A DNA stretch of 64,000 bases. Origin: Candidatus Micrarchaeota archaeon (GTDB taxonomy: Archaea > Micrarchaeota > Micrarchaeia > Norongarragalinales > Norongarragalinaceae). Position 1 is the first letter of the stretch. Each line of letters begins with the position of its first letter. The position numbers and the translations under genes were made by a program. Positions 9,943 to 18,674 of the stretch are shown here, in pieces. The stretch spans positions 32,001 to 96,000 of the forward strand of contig JBBIMI010000001.1 in assembly GCA_037444485.1 (NCBI GenBank), given 5' to 3'. The notes beneath the pieces were generated by a model, which saw only the letters and a program-made list of their open reading frames with translations, did not search any database and was not told the DNA's origin.

Positions 9943-10952
9943 AAAAAATGCTTGGACAAAGCGAGACGCAGGAAAAAAACGCGAACGCACCCGCTGCTGC
10001 TGGCGCGTCAGCCGCAACTCCAGCGGCGAAGACGACAGTAAAGACAATGGTGGAGACGCGCAGAAAGAAAGCAGTCGTAAAGAAAACCGCGATTAAGATA
10101 ACTAAGTTTGATAAAGCGCTCGCGCAACAAATAATTTTAGGCGAAACTAACCTAAAGAAAATCCAGGAAAAAATGCGTGTCGACGAAAAACAATTTTTTG
10201 AACGCGTGAAGAAACTAGGCGACGCTGGTTACATTGTTATTAATGAATCAAGGGAAGCCTGGTTTGGAATAAAAGGCTTTGAAGCCTTCGCCAACCAATT
10301 CAAGAAACTTGCGTCTACGCCGACGCCGAAATCCCGCGCGCGACTGGAAGAAACGCCCTCCGCGGCGCAAGCACCGCAAGCGCAGCAGACGCCAGCGCAG
10401 CAAGCGCAGCAGACGCAACAAACGCAGTCTCCCTTCACACAGCCCACGGTTCCGCCTGCGTTAGACCCTAGGCAAACTTTTCTTGCTGAAGCGACTGCAA
10501 AAGAAAAAGATGAGGTCAACGTCGACTTGAGCGAATTGCTTAAAAAAGGTGCTCCTAAACCAAGCGACTCGATTTTCGTAAAACGCCAAAACGAAAAATC
10601 TTCTAGAGTGCTCTCTCGCGCGTTTGAAACAATTAAAACCAAGGATCCTGCAAAAGTCTCGACTGCAGGAGAATTAATTGAAGCGATTAAGAAAAGTAAG
10701 CCGAGCAGAGAGGCGTTGATGGTTGACGGCGGCGAGGCTTGCGAATTGTGTAAAGCAAATTTTAAACTCGCTGTTGCAGGAGACGGCAACCCAAAGTACG
10801 GCCACTGCTTCTGCGGAGCAGCCTACCATAAAGACTGTTACGAGTCCCTCGCAGGCAACAGCGGAAAATGCGTGCGCTGCGGCAAGAAACTCAAACTCGA
10901 GTTAAGCAAACAAAGCGAAGAAGCGGTTAAAGAAATAAAGGAATTATTCTGA
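9939..10952 (+). CDS. Putative RING-type E3 ligase (N-terminal wHTH-like, Q/A-rich linker, C-terminal C4HC3 finger)
   Basis: CELC-x18-CFC-x4-HKDC-x10-CVRC; overlaps the JAMM stop (GTGA), indicating translational coupling. Confidence 0.75.
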   Translation: MKKMLGQSETQEKNANAPAAAGASAATPAAKTTVKTMVETRRKKAVVKKTAIKITKFDKALAQQIILGETNLKKIQEKMRVDEKQFFERVKKLGDAGYIVINESREAWFGIKGFEAFANQFKKLASTPTPKSRARLEETPSAAQAPQAQQTPAQQAQQTQQTQSPFTQPTVPPALDPRQTFLAEATAKEKDEVNVDLSELLKKGAPKPSDSIFVKRQNEKSSRVLSRAFETIKTKDPAKVSTAGELIEAIKKSKPSREALMVDGGEACELCKANFKLAVAGDGNPKYGHCFCGAAYHKDCYESLAGNSGKCVRCGKKLKLELSKQSEEAVKEIKELF

Positions 10953-10990
10953 GAAAGCGTGAAGTACCCTAAAATACTGGGTTCCGACTT

Positions 10991-11752
10991 TCAATGCACT
11001 GGGCAACTAACGCGTTTCGGAACTTCAAACAACCGTGCAGTCGACTTCAAACCGTCCAGAAAGAGGAACTTGCCTGCAAGCGTTTTCTCGCCGAAAGAAT
11101 CACTGTGCACGAGCTTCAAAAACTCGTTCACTTGAATTCCTGCAACAACGCTCGTCGTCGTCGGAAGCGCCGGATTCTTTGGGTTAATCCAATCAACTAA
11201 CTCTCCCACACAATTGTACTTTTGCCACAAAAGCTTGTAATCGCTTTTACTCAACCCGCACTCGAGACACGAAGAAGGAGCGCGCACTACTTGCACTTTC
11301 CCGAAAAACCCGGTTGTTCCCCCGTCAATCAAAGGAATCTTGCTGTAACACTGGGCGTTCAAATGCAGTCTCGCACCCAAGTTGTCGAGACAACCGAAAG
11401 CGTAATCGAAATTTTCGTAAAAATCTTCAGGAAGTTCTTCAATCTTCTCAGTGAAAACGCGTACCTCGGCAGTCGGATTGATTCTTGCAGCTTCGCGTTT
11501 TACCACATCAACCTTCGGCAAGCCCACGTCTCCCTCGCTAAAGAAAACACAGCGATTCAAGTTCGCTTTCACAATCGAATCGAAGTCTACAAGCGAAATG
11601 TTTTTTACGCCGAGTTGAAGCAAGAGCTTGACGACTTCATTTCCAAGCGCGCCAGCGCCGACTACAAGCACGCGCGCCTCCGCGACTTCAGTCTGCCTCC
11701 AACCCTTCACGCGCTTTTGCCTATCGTGAACGTCCTCATCAATCGCAACCAT
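10991..11752 (-). CDS. E1-like ubiquitin-activating enzyme (ThiF/MoeB/UBA family)
   Basis: DRQ, VLVVGAGALGNE, DFD...NLNR, GCLDN..AR, CLEC, NCVG (candidate catalytic Cys), PALPTT, terminal CPVH. Confidence 0.9.
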   Translation of the reverse strand: MVAIDEDVHDRQKRVKGWRQTEVAEARVLVVGAGALGNEVVKLLLQLGVKNISLVDFDSIVKANLNRCVFFSEGDVGLPKVDVVKREAARINPTAEVRVFTEKIEELPEDFYENFDYAFGCLDNLGARLHLNAQCYSKIPLIDGGTTGFFGKVQVVRAPSSCLECGLSKSDYKLLWQKYNCVGELVDWINPKNPALPTTTSVVAGIQVNEFLKLVHSDSFGEKTLAGKFLFLDGLKSTARLFEVPKRVSCPVH

Positions 11753-11803
11753 AATGCTATTTTTAACAATCGTTCTTTAAAACAATATTAGGGAAACAAA
11801 AAA

Positions 11804-12595
11804 ATGCCTTTGATTCTCTACACTACGGAAGACATTGCGGGAACGAACGCCGCGCGCATTCTGAAAGAAAATTATGGCTTTAAACAAACTGAAGACTTGC
11901 AGATTAAAGACAAGACCTTCAAAACCTGGTATGACCATGAAATCCAACTGATCGAACTAAATACGCGCCTGGCGTTCGACAGCAACTGGCTCAATGATTA
12001 CTTCGCGAGCGACTTGCTCGTGTTTGCTTCCCGCCACTGCAGTGAAACAAGTAAACCCTGCCTTACCACGCACACTACTGGCGATTGGGCCAGCGGCGAA
12101 TTGAGTGCAACCAGCGCGTTCGCCGTAAAAACCGCTTTCTTGTTCTTCAAACAAAACCCGCTTGAAGGATTTAGCGTTTCACTGGAAGCAACCCACCACC
12201 AGCCTTGGAATTTAACCACCCCCTCACTCTTCATTGAAGTTGGAAGCAGCGAAAACGAGTGGCGCGACGAAAGAGCTTGCGCGCTCTTAGCAGAATGCGT
12301 TATTGAAACAGCGAAAAACTATTCGAATGCGAGCGGAAAAAGCGCGTTAGGGTTCGGCGCCGGCCACTATGCGCCAACGTTCAACGAACTCGAAGCAAGC
12401 GATTACAGTTTTTCATTCATTGCTCCAAAACACTCACTCGACTTCGTAACAACTAATTTAATCAAGCAAGCAGTTGCAAAAACGCGTGAAGGCGTTGAAG
12501 TAGCAGCAATCGATTGGAAGGGCTGCAGCGGCGAGCAACGCAAGAAAGTGATTCAAGCTTGCGAAGAAATCAGCTTGCCTTGGGAGAAGGTTTAA
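11804..12595 (+). CDS. dtdA: Archaeal D-aminoacyl-tRNA deacylase
   Basis: FASRH, LTTHTTG, LEATHH, FIEVGS, GFGAGHYAP, IDWKG. Confidence 0.88.
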   Translation: MPLILYTTEDIAGTNAARILKENYGFKQTEDLQIKDKTFKTWYDHEIQLIELNTRLAFDSNWLNDYFASDLLVFASRHCSETSKPCLTTHTTGDWASGELSATSAFAVKTAFLFFKQNPLEGFSVSLEATHHQPWNLTTPSLFIEVGSSENEWRDERACALLAECVIETAKNYSNASGKSALGFGAGHYAPTFNELEASDYSFSFIAPKHSLDFVTTNLIKQAVAKTREGVEVAAIDWKGCSGEQRKKVIQACEEISLPWEKV

Positions 12596-12647
12596 TTAGA
12601 CAACGCGTTTTAAACATTTTAAATAATTTGCAACCAAAACTGATTGC

Positions 12648-13211
12648 ATGGACGAGTATAAAGACAAACACAAAGGCGCGCAGCGACTCTATGTTTGCGA
12701 CGAGCGTGGAAACACTAGCGGCGAGATCGTAGAACGATGGAAAGCCCACACTACGCCTGGAGTCAAACACTTGGCTTTCGGAATTCTTGTTTTAAACGAA
12801 AAAAACGAGATAGTCTTACACAAGCGGCCAGCGCGCAAAGTCGGCGGCGGGGTTCTGGACATTCCCGTCAGCCACATTCTTGAAGGCGAAACTAGAGAAC
12901 AAGCCATGAACCGTTGCTTGAAAGAAGAATACGGCATAACCGCAAAACGCTTCGAGCATTACCCCGGCTTTTCGTATTATGAAGAGTATCCTGACGGAAC
13001 TTGCGAAAACGAGTACTGCTTGATAAGCGTGATAAGACACGAAGGCAAGTTTAAACCCAACCCGGAGGAAGTTGAAGGCGAACTAAAAGTTTTTCCAGCA
13101 AGTAAAGTCGTCAAAGAAATAAGAAAACATCCGCGGAAATACTCTATTTGGTTTAGGAAAGCGATAGAATTGTTAGCCAACGACGAGCGCGGCAGAAAAC
13201 ATTTGGTTTAA
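12648..13211 (+). CDS. idi: Type 1 isopentenyl-diphosphate isomerase-like NUDIX protein
   Basis: AH...HLAF, LHKR..K, SH..EGE, ENEYC, PNPEEV and WF motifs; mevalonate context; canonical catalytic Cys not evident. Confidence 0.7.
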   Translation: MDEYKDKHKGAQRLYVCDERGNTSGEIVERWKAHTTPGVKHLAFGILVLNEKNEIVLHKRPARKVGGGVLDIPVSHILEGETREQAMNRCLKEEYGITAKRFEHYPGFSYYEEYPDGTCENEYCLISVIRHEGKFKPNPEEVEGELKVFPASKVVKEIRKHPRKYSIWFRKAIELLANDERGRKHLV

Positions 13212-13243
13212 AACATTTGGTTTAAACTTATTGAGTGATAAAC

Positions 13244-14491
13244 TTATCGATTGAAAATAATCTCCATGCTTTCCGGCTCCAAGCGCACGCCTTCATTACT
13301 CACACCCAAATTAAGGACTTCAATCTTTTTTTCCTTATAACCGCGCCAGAATTCGCGCACTTTTTCCGCAGACTCTTCGCTTAAGCATATCGCGGCTATC
13401 GAGTCGCCGCCGCCAGCGCCTGGAAGCTTGGCGACGAAAGCGCCGTGCTTAAGCGATTCGTTGACGAGTTTGCTTAGTGTCGGGGGCTCTATTGGGGCGC
13501 CGCTTTTTTCGCCTAGTTCGCGCGTTAATTCGCGCCCGCGTTCGAATTCTTGTTTGAAGCGCGTGAATAACTCGAGTTCGCTTGATGGTTTTTGTGGTTT
13601 CTGTGTGGTTTTCTTTGATTCGGCGAGCGTGAGGGTTTTGGCGTAAAGCGAAGGGTTTTGTTTCGCGAGCGCATTGATTTTTTCGAGTAAAGCTATTGCT
13701 TTCGCGTTTGCTTCGTTGAGTTCCCGCATTAAATTCGCGTACTCTTGCGGGTTTGTTGTTTTCCACGCGTTTATTTTTTTAACCATTTCGCTGGTTGAAG
13801 CGCTTTCGCCGGCAATGTTTCCGACTACTGCGGTGAAGGAGGGCGGCATTGCGAGTGGTTTTGAAGAGTAATCCCAAGCGCTCTCTAGAGCTTCCAGAAA
13901 GTCTTTCTTCTTTAAGATGCTTGGGCTGTAACGCGAGTAAACGTGTCCGCCGTAAGTTGCGGCGGCAACGTCGAAACCGCTGCCTATCTTGCCTTGCGCC
14001 ACGCAGTGAACCAACTGCGCTGTTTTGTGCAGTAATTCTTTTTCTTTTAACGCGTCGATTCCGTGAAGCGCGAGTACCGCGGCTGTCGAGGCTACTGTGA
14101 CTGCTGCTGAAGCGCCGAGTCCGGCTTTAGTAGCGCCTAGTCCGAATGCTGGGTCGCTGAACGTGGTTAATTCTATTCCGTTGAAAGAAATGTTTTTGCG
14201 GATAAAGTAATTGAAGCAAGTTTCGACGGCGCCCCGCATGAATTTTGTGGCTGAATCTTGTTCTGGGGTTAACGGGTTTTTGAAAACCAGTTTGTTTAAC
14301 TCGAATGCTGCTTCAGCGAACGCGTTGAATTGCGGGGCGTTTAACACGACCTTGTTTTCGTCAAGCTTTCGCGCGCGCACGAAAACGCGTTTGTTTACTC
14401 CGGTAACGAAGGAAACATTTGGTTTTTCGAGAACCGAATACCCGCCAATCCAAAGTATTTTCCCGGGCGCTGACGCAATGCAAGAATTCAT
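13244..14491 (-). CDS. Phosphomevalonate kinase, ERG8-type (GHMP)
   Basis: SAPGKILWIGGYSVLE, KAGLGASAA, QGKIGSGFDVAAATYG, IEP, PGAGGGD. Confidence 0.88.
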   Translation of the reverse strand: MNSCIASAPGKILWIGGYSVLEKPNVSFVTGVNKRVFVRARKLDENKVVLNAPQFNAFAEAAFELNKLVFKNPLTPEQDSATKFMRGAVETCFNYFIRKNISFNGIELTTFSDPAFGLGATKAGLGASAAVTVASTAAVLALHGIDALKEKELLHKTAQLVHCVAQGKIGSGFDVAAATYGGHVYSRYSPSILKKKDFLEALESAWDYSSKPLAMPPSFTAVVGNIAGESASTSEMVKKINAWKTTNPQEYANLMRELNEANAKAIALLEKINALAKQNPSLYAKTLTLAESKKTTQKPQKPSSELELFTRFKQEFERGRELTRELGEKSGAPIEPPTLSKLVNESLKHGAFVAKLPGAGGGDSIAAICLSEESAEKVREFWRGYKEKKIEVLNLGVSNEGVRLEPESMEIIFNR

Positions 14492-14495
14492 TTCA

Positions 14496-15263
14496 CTACC
14501 TTCTCAAGACTTCCTTCAACACTTGTTTAGCGTTTTCAAGAATAAAATCAGCTTGTTTTGCGAGTTCTTCACGCTTGCTGTTTCCAGTTAAAACGCCTAT
14601 TGTTTTCACTCCAGCTCGTTTTCCAGCAATTATTCCTGCAAGCGAATCCTCTACGAGAACAACTTCTTGAGGGAAAACGCCTAGTTTTTTTAACGCGTAG
14701 TTTATCATTGACGGGCTTGGTTTTTCCTTTAAACGTTTTTCCTTCAAACCAGCGTCTTCAGTAACCAGCAAATCAACTTTAAAACCGAATTTCTTAATTA
14801 ACGATGAAGCAAACAGTTTGTTGGCGTTCGTGATTATCACGGTTTTAAAGCCTTTATTACGCAGTTGTTTCAACAAACTCGCGGAACCCTGAATTTTTTT
14901 CGCGAGGTTCAAGAGTCTTCCAGGATTCCTGCGAATTCTAGAGTACTCGCGGACAGCGACTTCACTTTCAACAAGTTCAGCTTTAGAAAGATTGTTTACC
15001 GCCTTGCGTAGTTTTACGCGTGTCGCTTGAAGACGCGCTCCGCTTCCCGCTTTCTTAATGCCTAACTTGTTTAAAGCGATGAGCGCTTTAAAAAAATCTT
15101 GTTTTTTATGAAACTCTGGAAGAGAGCGAATCGCGTAAACGTCGCGCACTCGAAAACACGGTTTTACGCCGGCGTGCGCTAAGGCTTTCTCTACAACCTT
15201 TTCTTGAAACCTACCGTAATCCACTAGCACTCCTTCGAGGTCGAAAAAAACGGCGCGAATCAA
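14496..15263 (-). CDS. HAD-superfamily hydrolase
   Basis: FFDLEGVLVD, IITN, KPSP, VEDS..GI.AG. Confidence 0.85.
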   Translation of the reverse strand: MIRAVFFDLEGVLVDYGRFQEKVVEKALAHAGVKPCFRVRDVYAIRSLPEFHKKQDFFKALIALNKLGIKKAGSGARLQATRVKLRKAVNNLSKAELVESEVAVREYSRIRRNPGRLLNLAKKIQGSASLLKQLRNKGFKTVIITNANKLFASSLIKKFGFKVDLLVTEDAGLKEKRLKEKPSPSMINYALKKLGVFPQEVVLVEDSLAGIIAGKRAGVKTIGVLTGNSKREELAKQADFILENAKQVLKEVLRR

Positions 15264-15279
15264 ACGCAGACACCAACCT

Positions 15280-16353
15280 TTATTTCACGATTATTCTGCC
15301 GCTTGCCTCATCATACCAGTGTTCGCGAATGTTGCCGCTTGAGTCAAGCAAGTGTTCGTTAACGTACTTCGGCCCAAAACCAACTTTGCAAACCAGTATT
15401 TTCTGAACGCCTTCAACTTCAGCCAAAACTTTTTTTACTTCATCAACGTGTTTTTCAACAGTAAAAACGTGAGCGTTGGGGCCAGCGTCGAAAGTGTAAC
15501 CAGCCTTTATTTCGCCCGCAGCGTTGTTAAAGTCTATTATTGAAGCCATTATTTGTTTTGAAACGTCGTTCAAATACGTTATTGGCGGCCACGTGTCGAG
15601 CATTACCGCGTGCATGTTGCTTGATTCACGCATAGTCGCTTCGAGAAGCGTCGGCAAGTCTTTGCGTAGAATCGCGTTGCGCACGGTTTCAAGAGTCTTC
15701 GGCAAGTCTCGAAGCCGCTTTTGATAAAGACTGCTTGTCGCCACCGTCTGCTTCATTCCAGCGCGAGAAGAAATTTTTTTCTTTCCTTGCTCTACGATTG
15801 CAATCACGTTACGCAACTCCAGCCAATGCGACGGCGGCGCGATTTGAATTGCTAACGAATCGCTGCCGTCGCTCTTGACTCCGCGTTTCCACTCGACGAA
15901 ACCGCCGAGAACACTGCGGCAAGCGCTGCCTGAACCCAAGCGCGCGAGAATAGATAATTCGCTTGAAGACAAGTTGAGGCCGGCTGCTTTGGAAGCAGCG
16001 CAAGCAAGCGCAGCCAAGCCGGCAGCGCTTGACGCGAAGCCAGCCGCGGTCGGAAAACAATTGAGTGAAACTATTCTTGCTTTTGCGTTTATTCCGGCTT
16101 TTTCTCGAATGACGTTCAATTGTTGCATGCGTTCAGCTGTTTCCTTGTCGTTCAAGTCAAGCTTTCTTCCATTCAACCAAACTTCGTCTTCCGCGAATTT
16201 TTCTGAAAACATGACGGTCGTACGCGTTTTCAGCGTTTCATCCATAGTCACAGAAATGCTTCCTTCCTGCGGCAGAATCAGTTTTTCGTCGCGTTTCCCC
16301 CAGTATTTTACTAACGCGATGTTTGCAGTTGCTTCAACAGTTGAAATACTCAT
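15280..16353 (-). CDS. mvaD: Diphosphomevalonate decarboxylase
   Basis: NIALVKYWGK, FPTAAGFASSAAG, RLGSGSACRS, SSRAGM, YTFDAGPNAH. Confidence 0.92.
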   Translation of the reverse strand: MSISTVEATANIALVKYWGKRDEKLILPQEGSISVTMDETLKTRTTVMFSEKFAEDEVWLNGRKLDLNDKETAERMQQLNVIREKAGINAKARIVSLNCFPTAAGFASSAAGLAALACAASKAAGLNLSSSELSILARLGSGSACRSVLGGFVEWKRGVKSDGSDSLAIQIAPPSHWLELRNVIAIVEQGKKKISSRAGMKQTVATSSLYQKRLRDLPKTLETVRNAILRKDLPTLLEATMRESSNMHAVMLDTWPPITYLNDVSKQIMASIIDFNNAAGEIKAGYTFDAGPNAHVFTVEKHVDEVKKVLAEVEGVQKILVCKVGFGPKYVNEHLLDSSGNIREHWYDEASGRIIVK

Positions 16354-17251
16354 TTAATCCCCCCTCGCTGCGTTTCAAGAGTTCTTTAACGTAATTGATT
16401 GAGTCAAACAGTATTCTGCGCTCGCACGCATTTAATCGTTTATCTTCAGCGAAAAGCTTTAAATCGCGTTCGAAAAAACGCTTGAATTTTTTAACTGCTT
16501 GTTTTTCTGGAATGCGTTTCTTTCCACAATCGTAAAAAAAGTTTAACACTGCTAATGCGCCGACACGTTTCAACCAACTGCGGACAAGCGGGTTTTCAAC
16601 CCCGGCCTCCCGCTGCAAAACACGCACGTACTCGGAAACAAAGCTTAAAGAATCGCGCGCTTCAGGAAAAACTTGCAACAACAACCGGCCAGCAGAACTT
16701 TTCAAAAACGTTTTCGACTTACGCAAGCGTTTTTTGTAGTAAGAGATTATTGTTGCAGCGTTGAGAGGCGCGCCGCTCTCGCCGAGATACAAGTTTCTTC
16801 GAAAAACAATGTGTTCCGCAAACTGGTCTAGTTTGTCAGCTGCCTTCAATGCTCGCCCTACAAGGGAAGAAACACGTTTCACTCTCCGAAAACCATTCGG
16901 GGAAAGCCCAAACGAATGCGAAGCGATAGCGTCACAAACCAATTTCACTTCTTCAACCGAAAAACCGTATTTCGGCAGTATGCTTGCAGCCGCTTGCGCG
17001 GAAGCGACTTCATGCTCGTCCGCTAAACCCATCTTTTTTAAAAGGTTTTCAGGAATCCGCAGCCAATCGTGAAACAAGCCGGCTATAAATCCAAGTTCCT
17101 GCTCACGCAGCGAACCACCGCCTTTTTTTACGAGCTCGCGAGTCAAAAGCGCTACGGGCAGGATGTGCTCGCGCCAAGAGTGAACCTTCGAATGCAATCC
17201 CTTCCGCGTTCTCTCCTCGTAATGCTTTTCAGCAAAACTAGTCAATTTCAT
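16334..17251 (-). CDS. HD-domain protein
   Basis: HSWREHILP, AGLFHDWLR, HE..SA, IASH, ADKLD. Confidence 0.8.
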   Translation of the reverse strand: MKLTSFAEKHYEERTRKGLHSKVHSWREHILPVALLTRELVKKGGGSLREQELGFIAGLFHDWLRIPENLLKKMGLADEHEVASAQAAASILPKYGFSVEEVKLVCDAIASHSFGLSPNGFRRVKRVSSLVGRALKAADKLDQFAEHIVFRRNLYLGESGAPLNAATIISYYKKRLRKSKTFLKSSAGRLLLQVFPEARDSLSFVSEYVRVLQREAGVENPLVRSWLKRVGALAVLNFFYDCGKKRIPEKQAVKKFKRFFERDLKLFAEDKRLNACERRILFDSINYVKELLKRSEGGLNEYFNC

Positions 17252-17314
17252 TCTTGGAATACCGTTTTAGATTACTTTTAGATTACTGCGTTTACTGCGA
17301 ATATCGCCGTATTT

Positions 17315-18460
17315 CTATAGGCGGTTCACTATTTTCTCGAACTCTTCGCGGGCTTTACGCTTTGATTCAGCTTCAATTTCAGAAACCCACTTGCCCGCGT
17401 ATTCGCCTGAAGGCTTGGCGTAAACGTCAGGGTGCGCGTAATGCAAGACGAGTTGAGCTGCTTGATTCGCTTTTTCCTTGCTTATTGAAGAAATCATTTT
17501 TTTAGAATCTTTAGGAATGTTTTCCTTAATTTTTTCAGAAAACTCTTCCAATCCAGGGTAGCCGTGATTCAACCCAAATTCTAGGAGTTCGTCCTCTGAT
17601 TCGAAGTTGAAGTGTTTTATCAAGCTGTAGTAAACGTCTTCCTCCATTTTTCGCATTCTGTTAACTTCACTCACCAATTCTGGCGGGTAGTCTGAAGCAG
17701 TTTTCTTTGCTCTAATCCTCAGCAGCGACTCCAGCAGGAAAGCGAGTTTTTTAGTATCAGCGACAGTGAATTTTCTTTCCTCTCGCATACCCAAAAGTTT
17801 TTCGACGAAAGGCTTCATTTCTAGATCGGTATCGTGTCTTTTTCCAGCTACGAATTCCGCTCGTCTTTTCACTACTGTAGCGCCGAGTCCTTCAGGCCCC
17901 TTGTCACCCCAAGTCAAGCCAAGCAATACTATTTTCTCTAACAAGGGCTTGTTCTCGTCCTCTAATTTTTCTCTTATTTTTTCTAACGACAACTCGTTGT
18001 CTTGAATGGCTTTCGTAATTGCATTGAATTCAGAATCGGTTAAGAACGTCAACCCAGTTTCATCCTCCTTGATTTTTCCTTCACGAATTTGCTTCAACCA
18101 CGCGCTCCTGCGCTTTTCAAGCAGTCTTACAGTCTTGAAACCGTCAGACTGACTTAATGCAGACAATCCGGTTTTTCCAGTTTCTCCCGCTCGCCTTATT
18201 AAATCGTGAACAATCGCGGCAATTCCAGCCAAGTTCGCTAAAGCCTTTACGGAATCAGAATTCAAGCGTTGCTTGCGCGCGTTTTCTTCAGCGACCCGCA
18301 TTGCTTCTAAAGCAGCTGGATAAACGTGGTCCCGCGCGTGAGCGGGCTCTCGCCCGCCGCTCTTTTCAAGAGTATCGTAGGCTTTGTTGAAGTACGAAAA
18401 AACTTTTTTTAAAGCCTTGGTTGTCCGTTTTCTCGCTTCACTCGGGTTTTCAAACACCAT
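17315..18460 (-). CDS. HD-domain protein (divergent)
   Basis: HARDHVYP, AAIVHDLIR, WGDK; pattern parallels the neighbouring HD gene. Confidence 0.7.
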   Translation of the reverse strand: MVFENPSEARKRTTKALKKVFSYFNKAYDTLEKSGGREPAHARDHVYPAALEAMRVAEENARKQRLNSDSVKALANLAGIAAIVHDLIRRAGETGKTGLSALSQSDGFKTVRLLEKRRSAWLKQIREGKIKEDETGLTFLTDSEFNAITKAIQDNELSLEKIREKLEDENKPLLEKIVLLGLTWGDKGPEGLGATVVKRRAEFVAGKRHDTDLEMKPFVEKLLGMREERKFTVADTKKLAFLLESLLRIRAKKTASDYPPELVSEVNRMRKMEEDVYYSLIKHFNFESEDELLEFGLNHGYPGLEEFSEKIKENIPKDSKKMISSISKEKANQAAQLVLHYAHPDVYAKPSGEYAGKWVSEIEAESKRKAREEFEKIVNRL

Positions 18461-18674
18461 GAATTAAATTTGAGTAAACTGATTTTATAAACGTTTACGC
18501 AATAAACGTTTGCGTATTGGCTCGCATACAGATTATTGTTTTAAACAATTTTTTCAAGAAACAGGAAACAATTTTTTTCAACAATTTTTTTTCAATAAAT
18601 ATTTTTTCAACAAACAAAGAACAATTATTTTTAAAACAAGAATAATTATTTTCAACAAGTAGTGGGAAAAACGA

